Of a DNA stretch of 46,695 nucleotides, positions 33,026 through 41,406 are shown piece by piece. The notes beneath the pieces were generated by a model. It made no database searches and was not told the DNA's origin. It saw only the letters and a list, made by a program, of their open reading frames with translations. Origin of the DNA: Patescibacteria group bacterium (GTDB lineage Bacteria; Patescibacteriota; Minisyncoccia; Moranbacterales; SCTJ01); contig SCTJ01000067.1 in assembly GCA_004297805.1 (NCBI GenBank), forward strand, positions 1 to 46,695, written 5' to 3'. The translations under genes were made by a program, and so were the position numbers. Position 1 is the stretch's first letter; every line of letters starts with the position of its first letter.

Positions 33026-34426
33026 ATGGTTACTGGCAAATTGAAGAGAAAGCCGAAAGCGAAGGTGGGTAAGGGCAAGCAAGTCCCTCAAGAACCGTTG
33101 CTTTTGCAGACGGTGCGTGGCATGCGAGATATTTTGCCGGAAGATCAGCCGTACTGGAATCAAATGCGACGCGTTTTGAATCGCTCAGCTCAAGAATATG
33201 GATTTGGTCGGATTGATGTTCCCGTGCTGGAATATGCCAACTTGTTCAATCGATCCATTGGCGAAGGCACAGACATCATCGATAAGGAGATGTATTCCTT
33301 TGTGACGCGGGGTGGCGACAAAGTGGCTCTGCGCCCGGAGTTTACGGCCGGAATTGCTCGCGCCTATATTCAACATGGCATGAATGTGCTGCCCAAGCCA
33401 ATCAGATTGTTCTCAATGGGAACGGCCTATCGTTACGATCGACCGCAGGAGGGTCGTTATCGTGAGTTTCAACAAGGAAATTTTGATATTTTTGGCGAGG
33501 AAGATCCAATTTTGGATGCGCACCTCATTCAGTTGGCCTCACGGGTCATGAATAGTCTAGGGATTAAAAATATCGAGTTTCAGCTTAATAGCATTGGTTG
33601 CCCACAATGCCGCAAAGAATATCTGAATCTATTGGTAAGCTATTTGGATTCGCGCAAGCAAAAACTCTGTCAGGATTGTCGACGCCGAATTGAATCTAAC
33701 CCGCTGCGGGTGTTGGATTGCAAAGAAGACAAGTGCACGCAGGTAGCGGCCAGTGCTCCGCAGACAGTGAATCACTTGTGCGTGGCTTGTCACACTCATT
33801 TCAAGAGTCTCTTGGAATATTTGGACGAATTGAATTTACCCTATGTCATCAATCATCGGTTGGTACGGGGGCTAGATTACTACACCCGCACAGTTTTTGA
33901 GATTTGGCTCAACGACGAGAGTCGTCGAGGCTTCTCTTTTGGTGGTGGCGGTCGCTACGACATGCTGATTAAATCGATCGGCGGAGATGATACTCCAGCC
34001 ATTGGCTTCGGGCTGGGCTTGGATCGTATTGTGACCGAGATGAAACGTATCAATGCCAAGTTATATCGTGAATCACGACCGCGGGTATTCCTGGCTCAAT
34101 TGGGGGATCTGGCTAAAAAGAAAAGTTTGAATTTGTTTGCTGAACTGGAAAAAAATGGAGTATTGGTGGCCGAAAGCTTTGGTCGGGGAAGTCTGAAATC
34201 TCAATTGCGAGTGGCTGACAAGCTGGGCGTGGAAATTACTTTGATTGTGGGTCAGAAGGAAGCCTTGGACGGAACGGTGATTGTGAAGAATATGGTGAGT
34301 GGTACGCAAGAAACAACAGCCGTTGAAAAGTTAGTGGGGTTGGTCAAAAAGTTACTCAAGAGCGAGGTGGTGGTTCTCAAAAACGGAGAGCAGTCCCTTG
34401 AGGATGGTCAATTGCAACAAGTTTAG
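33026..34426 (+). CDS. hisS: histidine--tRNA ligase
   Basis: Class II motifs: GMRDILP, FRYDRPQEGRYREFQQ and GGGRYD. An internal Cys-rich insert (CPQC...CQDC...C..C) is present. Confidence 0.93.
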   Translation: MVTGKLKRKPKAKVGKGKQVPQEPLLLQTVRGMRDILPEDQPYWNQMRRVLNRSAQEYGFGRIDVPVLEYANLFNRSIGEGTDIIDKEMYSFVTRGGDKVALRPEFTAGIARAYIQHGMNVLPKPIRLFSMGTAYRYDRPQEGRYREFQQGNFDIFGEEDPILDAHLIQLASRVMNSLGIKNIEFQLNSIGCPQCRKEYLNLLVSYLDSRKQKLCQDCRRRIESNPLRVLDCKEDKCTQVAASAPQTVNHLCVACHTHFKSLLEYLDELNLPYVINHRLVRGLDYYTRTVFEIWLNDESRRGFSFGGGGRYDMLIKSIGGDDTPAIGFGLGLDRIVTEMKRINAKLYRESRPRVFLAQLGDLAKKKSLNLFAELEKNGVLVAESFGRGSLKSQLRVADKLGVEITLIVGQKEALDGTVIVKNMVSGTQETTAVEKLVGLVKKLLKSEVVVLKNGEQSLEDGQLQQV

Positions 34427-34428
34427 TT

Positions 34429-34767
34429 ATGTGTATTTTTTGCCAAATAGCCAAAAAGAAAATTCCGGCCGAGATTGTCTATGAGGATGAGAAGGTGCTG
34501 GCTTTCAAGGATATCCATCCGATCGCACCGGTACATGTGTTGGTGATCACCAAGGAGCATGTTGAATCGGTGAATGAGCTGGTGGATGAACAACTGGCCG
34601 GCAGACTTATCCTGGTAGGCAAGAGAGTGGCTCAGGACTTGGCAATTTCCGAGAAAGGATATAAACTGCTCTTTCGGGTGGGGGCAGATGGCGGACAGGA
34701 GGTTTCACATATTCACCTACATGTGTTGGGCGGAGCAAAATTGTACGAGGAAATCAGAGCAGAATAA
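34429..34767 (+). CDS. HIT-family nucleotide hydrolase (HinT-like)
   Basis: CIFC N-terminus and histidine triad HIHLHVLGG. Confidence 0.9.
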   Translation: MCIFCQIAKKKIPAEIVYEDEKVLAFKDIHPIAPVHVLVITKEHVESVNELVDEQLAGRLILVGKRVAQDLAISEKGYKLLFRVGADGGQEVSHIHLHVLGGAKLYEEIRAE

Positions 34768-34776
34768 CATCTATTA

Positions 34777-34865
34777 AATTCCATTGGCCTTGCGGGCTGA
34801 CCAGATTCCAAATCTCAAATTAGCCAGAAGTTTGATTTGAGGCTTGGGTTCTGATAAATGGAATT
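34777..34865 (+). promoter_or_regulatory. nested-hairpin leader upstream of rpsU
   Basis: The outer helix pairs AATTCCATT (34777-34785) with AATGGAATT (34857-34865). The inner helix pairs CTCAAAT (34814-34820) with ATTTGAG (34835-34841), extended by CCAA/TTGG. SD AAGGGGG follows at ~34870. Confidence 0.4.
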
Positions 34866-34883
34866 CCAAGAAAGGGGGTTTCT

Positions 34884-35138
34884 ATGATTGAAGTTAGAAA
34901 AAAGGATCGAGAAACATCAGAAAGTTTGATTCGACGCTTTTCACGACGAGTTCAGCAAAGCGGTGTTTTGATGCGCGCGCGCCGATCTAGGTTCCGTGAG
35001 GACTTGAAAAATCGCCGCGAGAAACGCATCGAAGCGCTGTATAAAGTGCAAATTCGCAAAGAAATCGGCAAGTTAAAGAAGCTTGGCAAATTTGACGACG
35101 AAGCATTGCGCAACGTGAAGCGCAAGTTGAATCAATAA
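34884..35138 (+). CDS. rpsU: 30S ribosomal protein S21
   Basis: A basic 84-aa protein. ESLIRRFSRRVQQSGVL and the RE..KNRREKR pattern are typical of S21. Confidence 0.88.
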   Translation: MIEVRKKDRETSESLIRRFSRRVQQSGVLMRARRSRFREDLKNRREKRIEALYKVQIRKEIGKLKKLGKFDDEALRNVKRKLNQ

Positions 35139-35188
35139 TCATTTATTTGGTAATTTAGAAATTTTCGAAGTTGCCAAATGCAAAGAGC

Positions 35189-35647
35189 ATGAAGCTCAAA
35201 GACAAAATTTTCGCTGATCTAACTGAGGCGGCGAAGCAAGGAGACGGAGCAAAGCGTGATGCTCTTCGGCTGTTGTTTAACGCGATCAAAAATACTGAGA
35301 TTGAAAAGCTCAAGCGGACGGAAGGTTTGACTGATGAGGAAACAATTGAGGTAATCGCTCGCGCGATCAAGCAGCGTCGGGACAGCATTGAACAATTTGA
35401 GCAGGGCCAGCGCACCGATCTGGCTGATAAGGAGCGCGCTGAAATAGAGATTCTGGCAGTTTATATGCCGGAGCAGCTCAGCGCCGAAGCAGTTGAGGCA
35501 GCTGTGCGCGAGGTAATGGCTGGCTTAGGGACAGTTTCGGAAAAGGACATGGGTCGGGTAATGGGAGCAGTCATGGCGCGACTCAAGGGCAAGGCGGACG
35601 GAACAGTGGTACGTGAAATGGTACAGCGGGTGATTCGCGAGAGTTAA
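35189..35647 (+). CDS. GatB/YqeY-domain protein
   Basis: MKLKDKIFADLTEAAKQGD...ALRLL..AIKN.EIEK is the typical YqeY pattern. The ATG at 35189 is preferred over the TTG at 35171. Confidence 0.85.
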   Translation: MKLKDKIFADLTEAAKQGDGAKRDALRLLFNAIKNTEIEKLKRTEGLTDEETIEVIARAIKQRRDSIEQFEQGQRTDLADKERAEIEILAVYMPEQLSAEAVEAAVREVMAGLGTVSEKDMGRVMGAVMARLKGKADGTVVREMVQRVIRES

Positions 35648-35653
35648 GGGGCT

Positions 35654-36121
35654 GTGAGGACAATCGACCGTTTTATGCGTGTTTCTATTGAAGTGCAAAA
35701 AAGGGTAAAGGTGGCAATCTCGAATCAACTGTTGAAGCGGGTTATTCTGCGAACGGTGCAAAAAAGTCAGTTGGCTATTCAACGTCGAGGGAGCGTGGTG
35801 GTCGGCATTGCTTTTGTGTCTGATCGGGAAATTCAAAGACTAAACCGATGCTATCGACATGTGGATGCGCCAACTGATATTCTGTCGTTTGCCAATTATC
35901 GAACCAGCCAGGCGGTTGAGCAGGCTCCGCGTGGCGAACTCGCCCTGGGGGAACTGGTGATTTCCATGGCGGCGGTCAAACGGTCAGCCAAGGAACGCGA
36001 ACTATCCCAGCAAGCCGAACTTAGGTATATCTTGTCACACGGGGTGCTGCATCTGCTCGGATTCAAGCACGGTGAAAAGATGTTTTCAATTCAGGACAAT
36101 TTGTTAAAATCAACATTATAA
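35654..36121 (+). CDS. ybeY: rRNA maturation endoribonuclease YbeY
   Basis: Metal-binding motif HGVLHLLGFKH. The start may be the ATG at 35675. Confidence 0.9.
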   Translation: MRTIDRFMRVSIEVQKRVKVAISNQLLKRVILRTVQKSQLAIQRRGSVVVGIAFVSDREIQRLNRCYRHVDAPTDILSFANYRTSQAVEQAPRGELALGELVISMAAVKRSAKERELSQQAELRYILSHGVLHLLGFKHGEKMFSIQDNLLKSTL

Positions 36122-36135
36122 TCCAGAGAAAAAAT

Positions 36136-36549
36136 ATGGCGATTAAACCTAGTGACCAGGAAAGCGAGATCAAGCGTTTCAATCGGAGTTTTCGGCATGC
36201 GCTGAGCGGCCTCAAATACGCCGTGTCATATGAACGGAACTTCCAAATTGAGTTAGTAGTGGCTTTTTTTGTGGTGGTGCTGATAAAAATATTTGAGATC
36301 AAAAGTTGGGAAGCGGTAGTGCTGGTTTTGATGATCATGTGGGTGTTGATTACCGAGTTGACCAATACAGTTGTTGAGCGCGTCGTCGATATTCTGAAGC
36401 CACGCATCCATCCCTATGCCAAGCTGATTAAAGACATTATGGCAGCAGTCGTATTGATCTCTTCAGTTATGGCAGCGGTGGTGGGTATCATTATTTTCTA
36501 TCCATATTTTCGTCGGCTACTGGAGGAAGGGGTACGCACATTGTTTTAG
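36136..36549 (+). CDS. dgkA: diacylglycerol/undecaprenol kinase family membrane protein
   Basis: 137 aa with 3 TM segments. The N-terminal amphipathic FRHALSGLKYA and the E..N....ERVVD motif resemble DgkA. Confidence 0.8.
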   Translation: MAIKPSDQESEIKRFNRSFRHALSGLKYAVSYERNFQIELVVAFFVVVLIKIFEIKSWEAVVLVLMIMWVLITELTNTVVERVVDILKPRIHPYAKLIKDIMAAVVLISSVMAAVVGIIIFYPYFRRLLEEGVRTLF

Positions 36550-36639
36550 TCCGAGAAATAGAATTTTTTATTGCGCGAAGAGTGGCTTTCTTGTATAATT
36601 CTGCAAGAGGAGCTTTACTAGAGCCTCCCAGGTTAGGTC

Positions 36640-37899
36640 GTGTATATTATGCAAAAAGGAAATATCATCGTTGGCATTGACATTGGATCTTCAAACGTGT
36701 GCACCGTGATTGCGCAGAGTCTTTCTGATGCTGAATTTCCGCGAGTCATCGGCGTGGGAATTGCTCCGGCGGCCGGTATTCGCAAGGGCATGATTATTGA
36801 TGTTGAGGAAGCGACCAAATCGATCATCGAGTCAGTGGAGAAAGGCGAACGGATGGCTGGCGTGACGGTCAAGAGAGCGACGGTGAGCGTGTGCGGAACA
36901 GAAATTGCCTTTCAAGAATCAAAGGGCGTGGTGGCGATTGGGCGAGCTGACGGGGAAGTGACCGAGGACGACATTGATCGGGTAATCAAGGATGCGCAGC
37001 ATGTCTCGATTCCTCTCAATCGAGAAATTATTCATCTCATTCCCAAGAACTATCGCTTGGATGACCAGGATAATCTCAAGGACCCACTGGGCATGAAGGG
37101 TGTCAGATTGGAAGTGAATGCCTTGGTTATTGAGGGCTCGTCAACGCAGATGAAAAATCTGAAAAAAGCAGTTGAACAAGCCGGAATTGAAGTTGAGGAT
37201 GTCATTTTGGAGCCCTTGGCTACTGCTAAGTCGGTGTTGGACAAAAAGCAGCGCGAACTGGGAGTGGTGGTCGTGAATATTGGTGGTGCGACAACCTCGC
37301 TGGCCGTTTTCGAGGAGGGCGATTTGTTGCATACAGCTATTATCCCAGTGGGAGCGGGGCATGTGACAAATGACGTGGCCATTTGTATTCGTACTTCAAT
37401 TGAAGTGGCTGAAAAAATAAAGCTGGAATACGGCAGCGCCTTAGCCAAAGAATTCAGTAAGCGAGAAGAGATAGATTTGACTGCGGTTGATTCACGCGAA
37501 AGCGGCGCGGTGTCGCGTTATCATGTGGCGGAAATAATCGAGGCACGCATGACAGAGATTTTCGGTATGCTAAACAAGGAATTGAAACGTATTGGGAAAG
37601 CAGAACTGCTGCCAGCCGGCGTGGTATTGACGGGAGGCGGAGCGAAATTACCGCAAGTCGTGGAATTAGCCAAAGACATTTTTCGATTGCCAGTTCAGAT
37701 TGGCTACCCGGTGAAGCTGGGAGGAGTAATGGACAAAGTGGATGACCCATCTTTTTCCACAGTAGTGGGTCTGATTATGTGGGAGAAGGAGAAAGAGAGT
37801 CTTACGCAAGGCTCTGGAATGTTGCAGGGAGCCTCAGGTTGGTTGCGCGAAGGTTACAAAAAAATGGAACATTTGATCGGAAAATTCCTGCCGTCCTAG
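36640..37899 (+). CDS. ftsA: cell division protein FtsA
   Basis: Actin-fold phosphate-1 motif IVGIDIGSSNV and later GGGAKLP. It lies directly upstream of ftsZ. The start is GTG at 36640 or ATG at 36649. Confidence 0.93.
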   Translation: MYIMQKGNIIVGIDIGSSNVCTVIAQSLSDAEFPRVIGVGIAPAAGIRKGMIIDVEEATKSIIESVEKGERMAGVTVKRATVSVCGTEIAFQESKGVVAIGRADGEVTEDDIDRVIKDAQHVSIPLNREIIHLIPKNYRLDDQDNLKDPLGMKGVRLEVNALVIEGSSTQMKNLKKAVEQAGIEVEDVILEPLATAKSVLDKKQRELGVVVVNIGGATTSLAVFEEGDLLHTAIIPVGAGHVTNDVAICIRTSIEVAEKIKLEYGSALAKEFSKREEIDLTAVDSRESGAVSRYHVAEIIEARMTEIFGMLNKELKRIGKAELLPAGVVLTGGGAKLPQVVELAKDIFRLPVQIGYPVKLGGVMDKVDDPSFSTVVGLIMWEKEKESLTQGSGMLQGASGWLREGYKKMEHLIGKFLPS

Positions 37900-38092
37900 G
37901 CCAGTCTCAAAACAAATATACAACCAATTCAATTCCTTGACAGTCGCCAGAAGGGTATGCTAGATTTAGGTACTCAGAAAGGTAGGTGGACGGGGGATTT
38001 TTTGTTGTTTTGATTGGGAAAAGTGTACATACGGAGTATTTCAATAACCGTTTTCAATAGCCGGCAGGCAACTGTCGGTTCAAGCAATACAT

Positions 38093-39295
38093 ATGGCAGA
38101 GATTAAACCCGACATTGAGACATTTGCAAAGATAAAGGTGGTCGGCGTGGGGGGCTCAGGCGGAAACGCCATTAGCCGAATGATAGACTCCAAAATTAAA
38201 GGGGTTGAGTTTGTGGCGATCAACACGGATGCGCAAGCTTTGCATCATTCAAGAGCTTCGGAAAAGGTACATATTGGAAAAAATCTGACCAAGGGTCTGG
38301 GGGCGGGCATGAATCCAGAAGTTGGACGTCAGGCAGCCGAAGAAAATCGGGATGAGATTCAGGAGGTTTTGAAGGGTTCGGATATGGTGTTTGTGACTTG
38401 TGGTTTGGGTGGTGGAACCGGATCGGGGGCAGCTCCAATTGTGGCTGAGACTGCCAAAGAACTGGGCGCGCTAACTGTGGCCGTGGTCACCAAACCATTT
38501 GCGTTTGAAGGAGCGCAGCGTAAGGCGATTGCCGAGGAATCATTGAATAATCTTAAAGATCGAGTGGACACACTCATTACCATTCCCAACGATAAACTCT
38601 TGTCAATTATCGACCGAAAAACTTCCTTGATCAACGCTTTCAAGATTGTGGATGATGTGTTGCGACAAGGCGTGCAAGGAATTTCTGATCTGATTACCAA
38701 GCCGGGAGTGGTGAATGTCGATTTTGCAGATGTGCGGACAATTATGCAAGATAGCGGATCGGCCTTGATGGGCATTGGGGTGGCCAGCGGCGAAAATCGA
38801 GCTTCTGAGGCGGCTCGAGCAGCCATCAATAGCCCGCTCCTGGAGCTTTCTATTGATGGAGCCAAGGGCGTGCTCTTCAATATTTCTGGTTCAAGCGATT
38901 TGGGTATGCTGGAAATTAATGAAGCGGCCAACATTATTACAGAAAATGTTGATCCAAATGCCAAGGTGATTTTCGGAGCGGTTACAGATGACCAAATTCG
39001 TAAGGGTGAAATCCAGATTACGGTAGTGGCGACTGGTTTTGATGTAGCCAAAGTGAAAGAGGGGAATGTGCCGACGAAAGTCATTCGACCTTTTTCTGGT
39101 CCGCGCGAGTCTGTCAAAGAGGAACCAGTGCAAACGGTGGAGCGGATTACTTTCCCAGCCAAGAAGCCAGATCAAACCATGATTATTGAAGAAAAGGTTC
39201 AGCCGCGAACTATTTCCTCGCGACCAGATACACAAGAATTTGAAGAGGACGATTTGGAAATCCCGCCATTCATTCGGCGCAAGATGGATAAATAG
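38093..39295 (+). CDS. ftsZ: cell division GTPase FtsZ
   Basis: Tubulin signature [17 protein letters not shown] and the C-terminal peptide [12 protein letters not shown]. Confidence 0.97.
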   Translation: MAEIKPDIETFAKIKVVGVGGSGGNAISRMIDSKIKGVEFVAINTDAQALHHSRASEKVHIGKNLTKGLGAGMNPEVGRQAAEENRDEIQEVLKGSDMVFVTCGLGGGTGSGAAPIVAETAKELGALTVAVVTKPFAFEGAQRKAIAEESLNNLKDRVDTLITIPNDKLLSIIDRKTSLINAFKIVDDVLRQGVQGISDLITKPGVVNVDFADVRTIMQDSGSALMGIGVASGENRASEAARAAINSPLLELSIDGAKGVLFNISGSSDLGMLEINEAANIITENVDPNAKVIFGAVTDDQIRKGEIQITVVATGFDVAKVKEGNVPTKVIRPFSGPRESVKEEPVQTVERITFPAKKPDQTMIIEEKVQPRTISSRPDTQEFEEDDLEIPPFIRRKMDK

Positions 39296-39330
39296 TCGGC
39301 GATTTATTAGGTTACATTGAATATTTTTCG

Positions 39331-39362
39331 CCAGCTCCGAGCCAATCGGAGCTGGTTTTTTT
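39331..39362 (+). terminator. intrinsic terminator after ftsZ
   Basis: CCAGCTCCGA-GCCAA-TCGGAGCTGG followed by T7. Confidence 0.85.
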
Positions 39363-39482
39363 GTGGCCTAATCGGTGGTATAATAGACGAATCCCGATAA
39401 GGGTTAGACACAGGCCTCGGGTGACAAAGTTATTAGTCGGGTGTCACCGATCGTCGGATAATATGAGCCATAATTAGGAATT

Positions 39483-40862
39483 ATGTTTCAATTTGAAAAA
39501 GTAAAAAATATTTTCGTTATCGTAGTATTGCTAATAGCGTTGTCACTCGGCGCATACTGGCTTTTTCGCGAGGTTGGGCTATCTGGAGACGTGTCGGATA
39601 TGGCGGTTCCTAAGGATGAACAAGTGGTCACTGAAACTCGCAGCGCCATTAAAGGGAAGGTTAGTTTAATTGAAGGTACGGTTGAGGTCAGAGCGGAGAA
39701 TGAAGATGAGTGGAAAGCCGCGACGGTTGAGGAAAATTTGGAAAGCGGAGCTTCAATTAGAACATTAGCTGGTTCGCGAGCCGCAGTGACATTTGAGGAC
39801 GGGAGTGTGGCGCGGATCGACGAACAAACTTCTGCAGTGTTGCGAACTGGTCCGGATCAGATTGTGCTTACTTTTGCTGAGGGGAATGTGTTTTGCCATG
39901 TCGCAGCCAAGGTTAATCGGGAATTTTCGGTAGTGGCTGGAGGGTACTCGATTACTGCTCTGGGCACAGCATTTGATGTTAAAAAGCGAGGAGCCGTTCC
40001 AGAAATCATTGTGCTAGAGAGTAGTGTGATAGTTAAAGATATAGGCGGAAAAGTGCTTGGGAAGGTTGCGGCGAAGCATAAGGCTCAAGTGGAGACGAAC
40101 GACTTGAAGGATACGGAACTTTCTTCATTGGACTTAACGGACAAATTTTTGACTTGGAGTATGCAGGGAGAAAAAGTAACACTTTCCAAAGAAGCCAAAG
40201 AGGCTAACGCAAATGATACTGCCCAGGCGGTTCCGAAAACGACAGCCGCTGAAGTCCCGATCGACAAGATTACTTTAAGTGGAAAGAAAACAGACGCTGG
40301 GGTCAAATTGACCTGGTCTGGCTTGGATGCAGAGACGTTAGATAGCCTTAAAATAGTAAAGGCTAGCAAAGAAAATCCAGCGTATCCAGGCGACAGCGTG
40401 CAAGTGGTTAGCAATAAAGAAGCAACCACCTACGAGTGGAAAATTACGGATGGCAAAACTTATCACTTTCGAGTCTGTGCCTACAGGGGCGGTAAATGTG
40501 AGGCATATAGCAATGACGTTTCAGTGGAAGCCCCGGATAAATCTGACAGTACCGATTATGCTGATGATATATCCCTAACTGCCAAAAAAGATGGCGACGA
40601 TGCGGTCAAATTAACTTGGACTATCTCAGGCGGAGAAGCGCCCAATGGGTTCAAAATAGTGATGGATGATAGCAGAGATCCGGAGTACCCAGACGATGAG
40701 TATTATGATGTTAAAGATTCAAAAACACGCAGTTATGTGTGGAAAAGTGACTACAAAGATACTAATTTTCAGGCCGGCAAGGACTATCATTTCAGAGTGT
40801 GTGTCTACGAAGATGGGGAATGTGGCAAGTATAGCGACGATGAAAAAGTTGATGATTTTTAA
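39483..40862 (+). CDS. membrane-anchored FecR-domain protein with two C-terminal ~95-aa repeat modules
   Basis: N-terminal TM (IFVIVVLLIALSLGAYWLF) and a FecR-like beta domain (GASIRTLAGSRAAVTFEDGSVARIDEQTSAVL). Two tandem modules each contain KLTW...YHFRVC.Y..G.C..YS.D. An extended -10 TGGTATAAT lies at 39376-39384. Confidence 0.65.
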   Translation: MFQFEKVKNIFVIVVLLIALSLGAYWLFREVGLSGDVSDMAVPKDEQVVTETRSAIKGKVSLIEGTVEVRAENEDEWKAATVEENLESGASIRTLAGSRAAVTFEDGSVARIDEQTSAVLRTGPDQIVLTFAEGNVFCHVAAKVNREFSVVAGGYSITALGTAFDVKKRGAVPEIIVLESSVIVKDIGGKVLGKVAAKHKAQVETNDLKDTELSSLDLTDKFLTWSMQGEKVTLSKEAKEANANDTAQAVPKTTAAEVPIDKITLSGKKTDAGVKLTWSGLDAETLDSLKIVKASKENPAYPGDSVQVVSNKEATTYEWKITDGKTYHFRVCAYRGGKCEAYSNDVSVEAPDKSDSTDYADDISLTAKKDGDDAVKLTWTISGGEAPNGFKIVMDDSRDPEYPDDEYYDVKDSKTRSYVWKSDYKDTNFQAGKDYHFRVCVYEDGECGKYSDDEKVDDF

Positions 40863-40892
40863 GGGTGACTTTTGAGTGCCCTTGACGGATAG

Positions 40893-40921
40893 TTGAAAAA
40901 CGCCCAAAATAGGTATATAAT
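40893..40921 (+). promoter_or_regulatory. sigma-70-type promoter of hup
   Basis: TTGAAA, 17-nt spacer, TATAAT. Confidence 0.6.
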
Positions 40922-40975
40922 ATAAAAGTGGGAAGGGAGTTATCCCTTTCATAATTACTAACGCACATACCAAGT

Positions 40976-41257
40976 ATGGCGAAGATGACAAAAGCACAGC
41001 TCTTCTCAGTGCTCTCCGAGAAGACTGGCATGGCTAAGAAGGATGTGGCGAGCTTTTTTGACACGCTGACCGAGTTGGCGTACTCAGAAGTGAAGAAGGG
41101 TGGAGAATTCGTTTTGCCAGGTTTTGGCAAGTTGGTTAAGGTGAACCGCAAGGCTCGCACCGGTATCAACCCAGCCACCGGTGAGAAGATTCAGATTCCA
41201 GCTAAGATTGTGGCTAAGTTCCGCTTGGCTAAGGTGGCCAAAGAGGCTGTTCTCTAG
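40976..41257 (+). CDS. hup: HU/IHF-family nucleoid protein
   Basis: 93 aa. GFGKL.V..R.AR.G.NP.TGE.I.I.A pattern of HU. Confidence 0.93.
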   Translation: MAKMTKAQLFSVLSEKTGMAKKDVASFFDTLTELAYSEVKKGGEFVLPGFGKLVKVNRKARTGINPATGEKIQIPAKIVAKFRLAKVAKEAVL

Positions 41258-41289
41258 TCAATACTTTAAAAAACTGACCAGTGTCGTTT

Positions 41290-41322
41290 CCGCCTCCGAT
41301 GTCCATCGGGGGTGGTTTTTTT
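41290..41322 (+). terminator. intrinsic terminator after hup
   Basis: CCGCCTCCGATG-TC-CATCGGGGGTGG (12 bp including 2 G-U pairs) followed by T7. Confidence 0.85.
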
Positions 41323-41329
41323 GTTTAAA

Positions 41330-41375
41330 GTTATACACAGATACCGTTGTTATTAGTGCTATTTTGTGGTACAAT
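41330..41375 (+). promoter_or_regulatory. promoter module A: GTTATACACA-N19-CTATTTTGTGGTACAAT
   Basis: -35 TTGTTA (41347-41352), 17-nt spacer, extended -10 TGTGGTACAAT. The architecture is almost identical at 44431-44476. Confidence 0.6.
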
Positions 41376-41406
41376 TTTACCAGTCTAACAATTGTTCAAA
41401 ATAAAA

